From Minutocellus sp. GHC0000111 (taxonomy: Eukaryota), in contig OZ361259.1 of assembly GCA_977018835.1 (NCBI GenBank), forward strand, positions 4,092,001-4,156,000: 64,000 bases of DNA. The letters run 5' to 3'. Shown piece after piece: positions 33,591 to 44,674 of the stretch; position 1 is the first letter of the stretch; every line of letters starts with the position of its first letter. The notes beneath the pieces were generated by a model. It had not been told where the DNA came from, ran no database searches, and saw nothing but the letters and a program-made list of their open reading frames with translations. The position numbers were made by a program, and so were the translations under genes.

Positions 33591-34454
33591 ATGTCGAAGA
33601 ACAATAATTCTAAATGCCCATCGCACGGGATGAAAATGCACTCGCCCGCCGGGGACGAATCTCGACGCATCTATGTGCCATCCCACCATGAGGAGACTTA
33701 TTACCAAGGGTTGTTCCTTGCTGCTGCACTTTCGGCCGCATCTGGATACACTTCTGCACAGGGAGGCTCCCCGATGCCGCCAAGTGTCCGGGAGGCGCTT
33801 TTGGTACGAAATGAAATTCCCCTTCGGTCGGTGAGCTCATTCCTCGCCCTGTCTGGATTGTCCCACTTCAATCTTCGGGTGATTTTGCACACGGCTAGAG
33901 GAACGCATGCTTCTGCCAATGATGCTACGGTTACTCGTCAAGAGTTTTACACGGCAATCAGACTGGTCCAATTTCGGCAGAATGGTGTTTCGGCTGCAGC
34001 AGACATTGATACAGGATTGTCAAGAGGGGAAGAAAGCAATGATGAAAGTGCTCCATTGAGACCAGCATATTTTCATACAGTAAGCGGAAGATCCGTTCCT
34101 TTGCCATTGGTATCTACTTCTCAAGATCATTATAGGCGAGAGAGCGATGAAGGTGATGAAGGTGCCCATATTGTGCGTTTGCCGCTGCGGAAGGGAAAGG
34201 GTGTGTCTGGCACCAATGCTCGCGCATGTCAGCAGAATATTGCACCATCTCATCAAGGTGAACAGGAGAATCATTACCAACATCATCGACGTGCCCATAC
34301 GTCATTTCAGCTGGACTTGTCCCTCGAAGACGAAGAACGATCTCCGTCCTTTGATGATGATGTAGAGCTGCGCCGGCACCGAGCGATTAGTATTGCTTCC
34401 CAAACCGATTGTGATGGCGAAGGAACCGCTGACGCCGAAGAGAGAGACGACTAG
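33591..34454 (+). CDS. Hypothetical protein with a degenerate EH-like domain, copy 2
   Basis: Same as 8352-9215. Confidence 0.45.
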   Translation: MSKNNNSKCPSHGMKMHSPAGDESRRIYVPSHHEETYYQGLFLAAALSAASGYTSAQGGSPMPPSVREALLVRNEIPLRSVSSFLALSGLSHFNLRVILHTARGTHASANDATVTRQEFYTAIRLVQFRQNGVSAAADIDTGLSRGEESNDESAPLRPAYFHTVSGRSVPLPLVSTSQDHYRRESDEGDEGAHIVRLPLRKGKGVSGTNARACQQNIAPSHQGEQENHYQHHRRAHTSFQLDLSLEDEERSPSFDDDVELRRHRAISIASQTDCDGEGTADAEERDD

Positions 34455-34672
34455 TCACCCAATCTCATTGAGCATTGCAGTGAAACCTTTTCATCCACGC
34501 CAATACTTTAAAGAGGTCAACAGCATGGCCTCGCTACTATAGCTATAATTGCAAAAATATCAATACTGGCTAGCTAGAACTCGCTACTGTCAGTGGCCTC
34601 CATCTTCTACATCAAATAAATTCCGCTCTCTAAATAGGTGTCACGAACGAACAAATGCACCAACCATCACTA

Positions 34673-35039
34673 CTATATCTCGCCCCCCAATTTCTTCAGC
34701 TGGTCCTTTAATCGGTTGGTCAACTTGTTGTTCTTCTTGGTCTCCTTCTTCTCCCGTGCCTTGTCGTTCTTTTCCATCTCCTCCCGTCCGGTCTTCTTGA
34801 TGTCGTTGAGGAAGAAAGTGTTGCCCGCTGACACCGCCCTGGCCGACACCATAGCCTCGTTCTTGGCATTGATCGCCCGCGTCGTCTCGGCCTCCTGCCG
34901 GGCCATGCCTGCCTTCCGACCCTTGGCCTTGTGCGTCATCCATCCCTTGCTCGATTTCATTGGCCTTTTTCACTGCCTTCTTTCTTTGACCGCCGGCACT
35001 TTTCTTGGCCTTGTTCTTTACGAGTTTCCCCTGTGGCAT
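34673..35039 (-). pseudogene. Frameshifted UPF0390/DUF2462-like gene, copy 2
   Basis: Same frameshift as copy 1. Confidence 0.55.
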
Positions 35040-35328
35040 TATGTATGTTGCTTTTGATTTCAAAGAGTGGTAAGATATCGTCCGACGCCTATCCCCGCGC
35101 CTTCCTTCGCCAACGATACGATTGATTTGCTTGTTCTTTCTTCGCGTTGTGTTCGCTTTGATTTCATTGGCCGAGAGCCGAATTTTTCGTCTGGCCGTCG
35201 CATGACCGAGCGGCGTCGACCCAGCCATTTTCAGCGTATCGAGTATCGAGGACGAGAGGTAGAGACCAGCCAAGGGAGCGCTGCCAAGAAACCTCAAACG
35301 CACGCACAATAATAATAAGCTCGTAACC

Positions 35329-35574
35329 ATGATTATCCCCGTCCGGTGCTTCACGTGCGGAAAGGTCATCGGCAACAAGTGGGAGACCTACCTGAACCTC
35401 CTCCAGGCCGACTACACCGAGGGCGATGCCATGGACCAGCTCGGCCTGCGGCGGTACTGCTGCCGAAGGATGATGCTCACTCACGTCGATCTGATCGAGA
35501 AGCTTCTGAACTACAACACTGAGGGCGGAGACATTGTCGACGAGGAGGAGGGTGCCGAGGGACAGGAGAGCTAG
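35329..35574 (+). CDS. RPB10: RNA polymerase subunit RPABC5, copy 2
   Basis: RPB10 signature sequence. Confidence 0.98.
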   Translation: MIIPVRCFTCGKVIGNKWETYLNLLQADYTEGDAMDQLGLRRYCCRRMMLTHVDLIEKLLNYNTEGGDIVDEEEGAEGQES

Positions 35575-36068
35575 GTTTGGGGGGCGCTTGATTGATTTAC
35601 GTGGAGAAACACAAACGATGCCATGTGCCCATCGGAAGCGGTCAAAGATGAGACGAGAGCCAAGCCTTGCGTGATATTGGTTTCAGGATGATTGGTGGGG
35701 ATAGGGCCTTGCCAGTCTGGAATGCAATCGTTGTTCGTTTGGTGGATGCTGCTGGCGACGGTGTCACGCAACGTCGTGTCTCTTCTTTACTCGAATCCAC
35801 CTCTACCGAGCTACGCAGTAGTCGTGCTCGGTAGAAACAAATCTTTTAAAATATCACTGTAACATTATACTTGATGAAAACAAGCATTCCATATTTACTT
35901 TTAGCTGGCCATGAGGATGTACAAGTGTTAGCTAGAGTATGTTATCTATGCGGTGTGTTCATCAATCGAATTGAAGCTCGAAAGTATATAGTCGAGAGCA
36001 TCATCCGAAAGCATTTTTCTGTGGTGAAATATCAAGCATTTGTACAGCAGCACCCAGAGGAGTCAGAC

Positions 36069-36932
36069 CTAGCCAAACTTATTGGCGCTGCCCTGAAAGG
36101 CCGCGTTGCTCTTGTTCAGTCTGGAATACTTCCCGGCAACGCGGCTCTTGCGCTTCGATACGGGCACGGCCGGGGGCTTGGCCGCTGCGGCCGCCTCGTC
36201 CGTACCCTCCATCGGTGGGAGGGAGCTGGACTCGGCCGCCGCCTTGGCGGCAGCTGCGGCCCGTCGGGCGGCCGCCTCGGCCCGCCGCTTGCGCACATCG
36301 ACCTCGTTGCCCTCCTTGTCCTTGAGCGGCGCCTTCCCATCGAGCCGCGCCCCGTCGCCGGCATTGACGGCCCAGTAATCGAGCTGCGGCGCCCTGTCGG
36401 GGATGGCGGCATTGCGCTGCACCCCCGTCGAGCCGGTCCGCTCGGCCACCTGGGACGGGTCGACGTTGGTCGAGGCCGCGCTCGAGGTGAGCATCCCATC
36501 GTCCTCCGGCCGCACGATCTTCCCGTCGACGAGGCGCACCCCCTGCGCCTCCTTGGCTCCGTCGGCACCGTCGTCGCCACCACCACCTCCCGGCTATCCC
36601 GACGCACCGCTCATGGACGACGGGGTGGGGCTGGGACAGGCACTGGACCGCGCCTCGGCGGGCGCGTACGCGCTCTGCTTGGGCATGTTGGCAAACACAC
36701 TCGACCCGGTACCGCCGCTGGTCATGCTTCCAGCCTCCGAACCGGCACGGGACCGGGCCAGCATCTCCTCCTTGGTGGGTTCCTGATATCCGACCGGTGC
36801 GTCAAAGTCCACCTCACAATCGGTTTCGATGATACAGGCGGCATCGGCTGGCTTGACCTCCTTCAGTTCAAAGTGGTAATTCTTATCGTTGTAGGGCAAT
36901 TGGATGACATCGCCCTTGGTCACACAGGAAAA
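36069..36932 (-). pseudogene. UFD1: 5'-truncated UFD1 with an in-frame TAG at 36594-36596
   Basis: UFD1 similarity begins abruptly at FSCVTKGD. There is no adjacent splice acceptor and no upstream UFD1 exon before TOR. Confidence 0.78.
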
Positions 36933-37662
36933 GATGAGCCCCGACCTGCCACCGACGTTACCTCTCGTACTAACCCTGGTTCTTCTCCTCATCTCAGTTT
37001 TCCTTTGTTTCTATCGTTTTGAAGGATCTCAGTTCGAGATCGCTTTGAAGCTCCCACCACAGCCCGCCCGGAGTGAGAAAAATCGAATATCACATAATCG
37101 AAATTCGATTCAATCAAGACTTCGAGGGTAAGCAGAAGCTACTCAGCGCCTCGACTCTTGGCAACCATATATATATACAAATATATACTAAAGTAGATCG
37201 ATCTATAGATGTAGATCAGACTTGTCTACGATTACTAACGGTGTTAGAACCTCCAAGTCGACAGAGCAAACACTACAGAAGTGAAGAAAGACTATAGAGC
37301 GGGTTATGGGAACCATAAAGGAACCCGGATATATTATTATCGTTCATCCGTCAACCGTCCGGCAAGATCACATCGATAAGAAAAATCTTGCCCTGAGGCC
37401 CTGGCTGCCGTTGCCGCTGGCCGCTGGTACATCTATTGGCTCGATCATAACAACCAAATCACCATTGTCACCAGCAAATATAACTTTTCGTATCACTTGT
37501 CCCCGCCCATGTGTGTGTGGGTTCGTATCAATAAGAACCGGCACGCATAACCGCGATTCGAACAGTCGAGTGTCTCTTCTCTGCAATTTCCAGCACAGAA
37601 CATTTCGCTACAACAGACACCTTGTGCTACGTGCTCTTCTTAGTACATAAATACTTCCAATC

Positions 37663-37954
37663 ATGACGGACGTGGACTTTATCCCCCTCGACATGGACAG
37701 AGGCGGTGGGTCGGGAGCAGGTAGCGGGAACATGGTCACGTCCAAGGCGGCCGAATCACCGCTGACCAAACTGCTCGCCGACCTGCGCCGAAAGCACGCT
37801 GCCTCGTCTGGTCCTCAGGTCGGCGTCGTTATGGGCTTCGGAGTCCTCCCGTACGCCAGCGATGTGGACGTGGAGGATATGGCTCGGAGAATGGACGCTG
37901 CCAGCAACGAAATGGACGAGGGGGACTGGGCCAGCGGCGATGCAGGTGGGGGCG

Positions 37955-37989
<35 letters not shown>

Positions 37990-40900
37990 GCCGCGGCTGG
38001 TGTTTCGGTGGTGTCCGCCTCTGGATTGCCAGGATCTCCGTCGAGCAGTAGCATCGGCGGCGGGAGTCTGATAAATAATAACGAAGCGGCGAGTCCGGCA
38101 GATAGCCGGATGGAACGGAGGAGACTGTCGTCCTTTGCGTTCAAAAAGACACATCTCGCCCGACTGTCGGAGGAGGGTTCTGCCACATCCTCAACCACCA
38201 ACAGTCCCACGCAGCAACAGAAAGCCCAATCAAGCGGTGCCGGGGGTTACCAACTCATGGGTGTCCAGGCCCTCCATAGAGCAGCGGCCAAACAATCCTA
38301 TAAGTTGTCATCGTCTCATGCCGACAATTTACTAAGATCGACGCCACATTTGCGCCACCTTTCGCAAGCCTCGGTCGATATGGATGGAAGAGGCAACTTT
38401 CCAGCATCTCGCTCGTTTCTTTCGCAACTGCTCCCATCATCCAACCAGGGATCGGCGTCAGCAAGCAGCTCAATTGGTGGTATCGATGGTATTCAGTCCG
38501 GCAAGGGTGGCTTGGCTCCCATGGCGGACTATGGAACGTGCCGTGCGAGAAGCCGAGCGAATCGCCAGGCCGCTCTCGAGCTGGCGGCCTTCGTTCGAGT
38601 ACTGGGCCATGAAATGTCTCTGGAACGATTTGCCTTGGTCGAGGCCGATGTTTTCAAGTCTATCTTTGCCTTGGTTCATTCGGCGGACAATGTCAATCGC
38701 GTGGCTGGTGTCGTTGCATTGGATAGTCTCATCGATGTGCCGTCTGCAGATGAGGAGAAGAAGGCAATCAAGTTTGCGAACAATTTGAGCAATGGCCTTC
38801 GATCCAATAATGTTGATTATGAGTTCTTGGCTGCCGTGTCCAAGGCGTTGGGACGGATGGCCACGGGTGCGGCAAATGTGGACTACGTCGAATTCGAGAT
38901 CACGCGAGCTCTTGAGTGGCTTCGGACGGAACGATCTGATCGACGGCTCGCTGCAACGTTGACTTTGAAAGAACTCGCCTTTAACGCCCCGACAGCATTC
39001 TTCATCAAGACGACGCAAACCATCCTCGGTCAACCAGCAAATAATGATTTCATCGACCAGATATTTCCTGTGTTGAGAGACCCACAACCGATTGTAAGGG
39101 TGTGCGCCGCGGATGCTCTTGGTGCCTGCCTACGCGTCATTATGGATAGGAAGCTAAGCTCTACTACAGGACTTCTGTGCCAGGTGTATACAAGCATGCT
39201 GGACGGGTTTGAAGCCCCCAAAAAGCAGAAGCAGAAGCAGCAAGCCTCGACTAAACGCAACAACAATCCTAATGCGAATATACTTGGAAATATTCGGCTC
39301 GAGGCTGGACAGCATGCGTCTTTGCTTGTTCTGCGAGAGATGCTTGACCACTGTGTTGATTTCATCCGCCCACGTCTTGAGGTCAGTTGCGATGCCGTGC
39401 TTGAGCTGGCCAACCACTCCAAGGCTTTGATCCGTCTCGAGGCTATTCGACTGCTCCCCCGACTGGCTCAGTGTCATCCAGGTTCTTTTTGTCGGAGATA
39501 TCTGAGGCAAAGCTTGGATTTTCTCATTATCAGTGCGATGACTCCGCCTCCTCAGAAGGTGGGAGTCGATCTTCGACCGGCGGCCTTCTTTGCCATCGGA
39601 CAGCTTGCTCTCGCCATGCGTGATCCATCAGGCGAGGGTATTATCCGTACAACGATCCAGCTTCAAAGGAAACAGGACAACCCAAATGAGAAGGAGTACG
39701 TGTATGATAGCAATGACGGAGATATTTATGCAAGGCTTGACGAGATCTTCACACTTGTGAAGAGCGAGTTGCAGAAATCATTCCTAATTCCTGCACCAAC
39801 GAAGCAAACAACAAAGCAATCTGGAGGTATTAGTGCCGATACTAGAAGTGAGGCTCTACATTGTGGCGCGGATCTAGTTCAGGCGCTTGGCGAGCACAGT
39901 AGAGATTACGTTGGTGATTTACTGGAGTGCATCGACTGGATTGAGTAGGGATCTGATACTGTGCCTACGCGCAATAGCTTCGCGTCTACCATCCGAGAAA
40001 CTCGCCATTGAGGACAGGCTACTTGAGGAAATATCTGTCTGTCTTGCAGGAACATCGGCGATCAAACAAATATGCGATCCCTTCCGTCAGAGTCGTGCCA
40101 AAGATGGTGAGCGGTCGAGTGGGAGCATTGATCTGACGTGGGAAGATGTTTCTCCGAATGCCGACGGCGGCCTTCCTCGATCAATGTCTAATTGGTCTGC
40201 AAAGTCGCGCCGTGTGAGTATCGATAGTCATCTTTCGAGCGCTCATCTCAACTTGGATGCATCAAATCACCGTACGCCATCGTTACGACAGTCGGTGAGA
40301 AATATATCTGACCCTCGCCTGGATGTGGACGGAGACAATAGAGATCAAGACATCAACATATTGATCAACATGACCTCGAGTCGATCTGTGGTGGAAAAGC
40401 TCGTTCTTTCCCTCCGAACTTTAGGATCATTTGGAAAGGGCCGAGGTGAAAAGATCACATATGGATCCTGCGTCACTTTGTTGCCCTTTGTTCGAGACGT
40501 TGTGGCTTCCTATTTGAATCATCCATCAAGCGATGTCCGCCGAGAGGCAGCGTCAACTTGTTGTCTTCTACTTTTACCGAAGCAGACCGCCACCTCTTCT
40601 TTAGCAAGGAAAGGTCGCAGCCCGAGCTACAGGAACTCACTAGTAGGGTTGCAGCCGAAGGTTTCATCCAGTGGGCTTATACTACAGATGCGTCTCGGTG
40701 GTCCCTCGGGCGCTCTTGTTGAGGAAGTCTTGCAGAAGCTATTGACTGCGGTTGTGAGTGATCTTTCACCACTTGTTCGCAATTGCATTGTCCGTGCTCT
40801 CGATGCTCGGTATGATCCATACCTTGTCCAGGCCCATCATCTACCCCCATTGTTCATGTTGCTGCAAGACGAGTCGCTGGCCGTGCGGGCAGCCGCGTTG

Positions 40901-42650
40901 CGTCTGCTCGGCCGACTAGCGATTTTGAATCCTGCCCCCATCCTTCCAGATCTTCGTCGAGTATTGGTGGAGCTAATTCTGGAGCTGCGCTGTGGAGGAG
41001 ACACAGGAGGAGGACGTGAATCTGCCATCCGTTTACTTGTGGTATTTTTACAAGGTGATGCCCTTGGGCGGTTGGTACAGCCCTTTCTTCCGGCAATCAT
41101 TGAGGCCCTTCCGCTGAAGGGAGCCCCTCCACGCCTCGCTTCTGCAAGTCTGGAGGCTCTTGGAGAATTAGCGCAGGTGACAGGTAAGGAAATGACGCCT
41201 TGGATCCAGCAGCTGCTGCCGCATATTCTGGATACGATGCAAGATCAGAGCAGCTCCAACAAACAGAGGACCAGTATGAAGACACTGGGTCAGATTGCAG
41301 GTGGTACTGGCTACGTGATTACGCCATATTTGGACTTTCCACAGTTATTGCCTATTGCGGCCGACATCCTTCCAGCAACAAAGCGTGCGCCTTGGGCGCT
41401 GAGGCGGGAGGTTATTCGAACCCTTGGTATTCTCGGCGCTCTTGATCCTGATCGATACTTCAATCACAAAGCAAGGCAAACGGGTGGAACAGGAGGTGGA
41501 TATTTCATCGAGGGCGAGGATGATGATGTTACGGAGTCTCCAGCCGCCTCGTCCGGTCCAGTCGCTATTCCGACCCCACATTCGTCTTCATACGATGGCG
41601 CAGTAATCAAGGATGTCAACCTCTCTGGTTCTCTCTCAGCTGCTGCCATTGGAAACAACAAATCATCTGCTCAGCTTCTTGCTGATGGATCCCAGCATCC
41701 ACAGCCTGAGACCAAGAAAGGCAACGAAGCAGGCGAGGAGGAAGAGCCTGCGCATCTCTTCATGTATGAGCAGTATGCAATGACGTCGCAACCAGATTCC
41801 AAGTTACCTCCAAATCTTCGTTTGACACCATCGGACGAAGACTTTTATCCCACGGTGGCAGTCCAGGCGCTTACCCGCATTCTAAAGGATCCATCGCTTG
41901 CAGTCTATCATGGGATGGTGATGCAATCGGTCATGTATATTTTCAACAACTTGGGCCTGCGGTGTGTTCCATTCCTGAAGCTAATTGTGCCACATATTCT
42001 CAATACCGTCAGAACCTGTGGTCAAGAGTCTCTCCGGGAGTCTTTGCTCAAGCAGGTGGTTTCACTCAGTGCAATTGTCAAGGATCATTTGCGGCCATAT
42101 TTACCGGCTATTTTTGACACTGTTGAGGAATTCTGGAACACAACCAGGCATCTCGGAACCATTCTCTCTCTAGTCGAGAAGATGGCAGACGGTGTTCCAG
42201 ACGAATTCCGCAACTATGTACCTCGTCTTGTGCCTCAGATATTGTCCAGCATTGAAACAAGTCAGAACCAAATATCTGAGTGGAGATCTGGTAATCGCCA
42301 GTACGCTAACACCTCGGCTCAGTTCGATCGGCTTGAACTCATACTGCGAAGTATTCGGGGTCTTCGGGGAACCCTTGGCGATTATCTTCATCTTCTTGTC
42401 CCAGCTCTTGTGAAATTGTTGGATGTGTTGACAGATCCCGCAACAACATCAGGGACAGCTGTTCATCCCGAATTCTCAAGGCTCACCATAACCACAGTTC
42501 AAACTATTTCGGTACTATTGATGACCTCGGATAATACATTACCACCGCCGGCGTCGACGATAGTAGCGGGAGCAGGCGGGATAAGATCAGGAAATACAAT
42601 GGTTGCTTTGGTCTCATCATCGTCAAGTCTCCCTGCAAGAGCCGCGCAGC
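37663..42650 (+). pseudogene. TOR: TOR kinase N-terminal HEAT region; frameshift near 39931; truncated before FAT/FRB/kinase
   Basis: IKFANNL, EFEITRALEWL..RRLAATLTLKELA.NAPT, LRREVIRTLGILGALDP and EDFYPTVAVQALTRILKDPSL. Split over two frames (37663-39948 and 39887 onward); no kinase domain follows. Confidence 0.85.
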
Positions 42651-43455
42651 ACTTCAGCAATCTTTTCTTGCTCGACTCTCAGGTTCGCGTTTCAGAGAGC
42701 TCAATGAAGATTTGTATACTACAACTTCCGATACAGCCTTTAAGCGTTTCAGCGAGAACCCAGAATTGTTCGATCAGTATCACGAGGGATTTCGGAAGCA
42801 GGTTTCGCAATGGCCGGTCAATCCTGTGGACGTCATCATCAGGTGGATACGCAAGAAGGGAGCTCAGAAGCAGGGTTCCAAGAAGAAGGGGTCTCTTGTC
42901 GTTGCCGATTTTGGATGTGGTGACGCCAAGCTTGGAAAGGAACTTGGAGGCCAGGGCAATCAGAAGACGAAGAAGCAGAAGAAAGAAAACGGCGACAACA
43001 ATGGAGAATTCAAGGTACACTCCTTTGACTTGGTGGCGAATGGCAATCCACTCATCACGCCCTGTGACATGGCGAATGTTCCCCTCGACGACGGTGTGGT
43101 GGATATCGCTGTCTTTTGTCTGGCTCTTATGGGTACCAATATTGCGGATTTTATTCGAGAGGCTCATCGAGTCCTCAAATCAGATGGAGTGATCAAAATT
43201 GCCGAGGTTCGAAGTCGATTCGAGGCAACTGCTGATAGTGAAGATGGCCACGGCGGTGGCGGCGGCGGTAAGAAGAAAACTGACGATAGTCTCCTGAACG
43301 AATTCATCGATACTATGGACGAACTTGGCTTTGAATGCACGCAAAAGGATCGCTCCAACAGAATGTTTATCCTAATGGAATTCGCCAAGAATGGCGAGAA
43401 GCCGTCCACAGAGGCAACCTTTACTGCCAAGCCTTGCATTTATAAGAGGAGGTAG
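42651..43455 (+). pseudogene. RRP8: RRP8/nucleomethylin rRNA methyltransferase lacking its start codon and N-terminus
   Basis: ARLSGSRFRELNEDLYT, YHEGFRKQV..WP.NP, VADFGCGDAKL, VFCLALMGTN, IAEVRSRF and KPCIYKRR. No in-frame ATG precedes the first block. Confidence 0.85.
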
Positions 43456-43603
43456 ATAGGTAGTCGAGGTACGGTAAGACAACTAGTTCGAGAATGACTA
43501 TGCAACATACGTGAATAGAGCGGCAGATTTAGATCTAGCTAGGAATTCCTACATGTACATGAGATTGAAGTGAACAGCCGAAGCAGCAGCGGAGTACGAG
43601 TAC

Positions 43604-44325
43604 ATGTAGCATGCATTGAAGCTCCGGCCGCCTCCTAGTAGATTTTTATTGAAGCGAGGACACATCGGCTGGCTATTTAACGCGACGGGGAGGCAGGAAG
43701 GTGGGTCGCTATTCCATTGACCCTCGTCAGCTTGCGGAAAAGTCCCTTTACCTAGTACGTCGCGGAGGGGATCAGCAGGCTACAGTGGAAGACCCGCTAT
43801 GTAGTGCATGGTGCACCGCCTCTGGGAGGCCACGAAGCCCCCTCGGAACCGGAAAGCCACCGACTAGACTGAACCTGTGAGGAGATGCGGATTACAGGCT
43901 GCACGCTCAAACACGAAGGTGTACATGTGTATGGTGCGATGGGGCACACATGTGGCAAGGTTTGTGAGTGGTATTTCCTCCAATGCGGCTGGAATCACAA
44001 TGTCTTGAATCCGGGATGTCACTGATTGGTGGACAGTTAAGGACTCGAGTCCCTCGGCGCGAGACCAACTGGCTAACTACAAAAGCACCAGACAATCACA
44101 CGGGCTTGAATTGGCTTCAACTCAACGCTGCTGCTCGGCGGGCATCGGGGAAGAGGATCGATGGATACAACAACAGCCTTAACGGTCCTACATGAGCAGG
44201 GACAAAGTGGAAGGCTCGAACACCTGCATTTGGAGCTTCGCTCCGGGGTAGCATGACCTGCGGTCGTTCTAGTTTTAGCATAAGGATAAGGATGCATGTA
44301 AGGATAAGGATGTAGCATGCATTGA
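43604..44325 (+). mobile_element. Candidate SINE-like/retroposed element with 16-bp flanking direct repeats and a TAAGGA tail
   Basis: ATGTAGCATGCATTGA at 43604-43619 and 44310-44325; TAAGGA repeats at 44281-44309. Confidence 0.45.
43649..44120 (+). ncRNA. Candidate RNase MRP-like structured RNA
   Basis: P1-like TTGAAGC/GCTTCAA; P3-like GGCTGGC/GTCAGCT and GCGAC/GTCGC with an internal loop; CR-I-like GAAAAGTCCC (43737-43746); CR-V-like CAATCACACGGGCTT (44093-44107). Confidence 0.3.
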
Positions 44326-44674
44326 CTTGATGGTTGGACGATGCTTCGAAATGACGAAGTCATGACGTTCAGGACTTAAAAAAAAGCCGAACCGACTGAG
44401 CCGAGGCCGCCGCCGCGTCGCGAATTCTCGCCATTTCCAAGACAACGCTCCCAGATCAACCGAGAAGGCGTGAGTACAGCAGCGAAGCTCGCAGGAGATT
44501 TACTCGTATTATTACCAGTGGCAACACAGTGGCCTTTGTTGGTTGTGTAGATCTGCCTCCCGTTTGCCCGTGCCTTTCCGCGCTCATTCTTTGCTGGCCG
44601 AATGCGAAGTACATCGATCGGAACGAACGCGATCGTGCACCTTCCGCTGACCTTCCGTCGCTAAAAGCAAGAGA

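Larger units (their letters stand above)
25240..36934 (+). repeat. Near-identical duplicate (copy 2) of 1-11695
   Basis: Same sequence as copy 1 at offset 25239. Confidence 0.97.

Noticed and set aside
36965..36985. CTAACCCT resembling a telomerase RNA template
   Set aside because: Better explained as an intron branch point followed by a pyrimidine tract and AG.
37306..37650. 114-aa ORF upstream of TOR
   Set aside because: No motifs or evident coding bias; probably promoter or 5' UTR sequence.
42651..43192. C-terminal ~180 aa of the 1101-aa ORF as a novel TOR extension
   Set aside because: It is an off-frame reading of RRP8.
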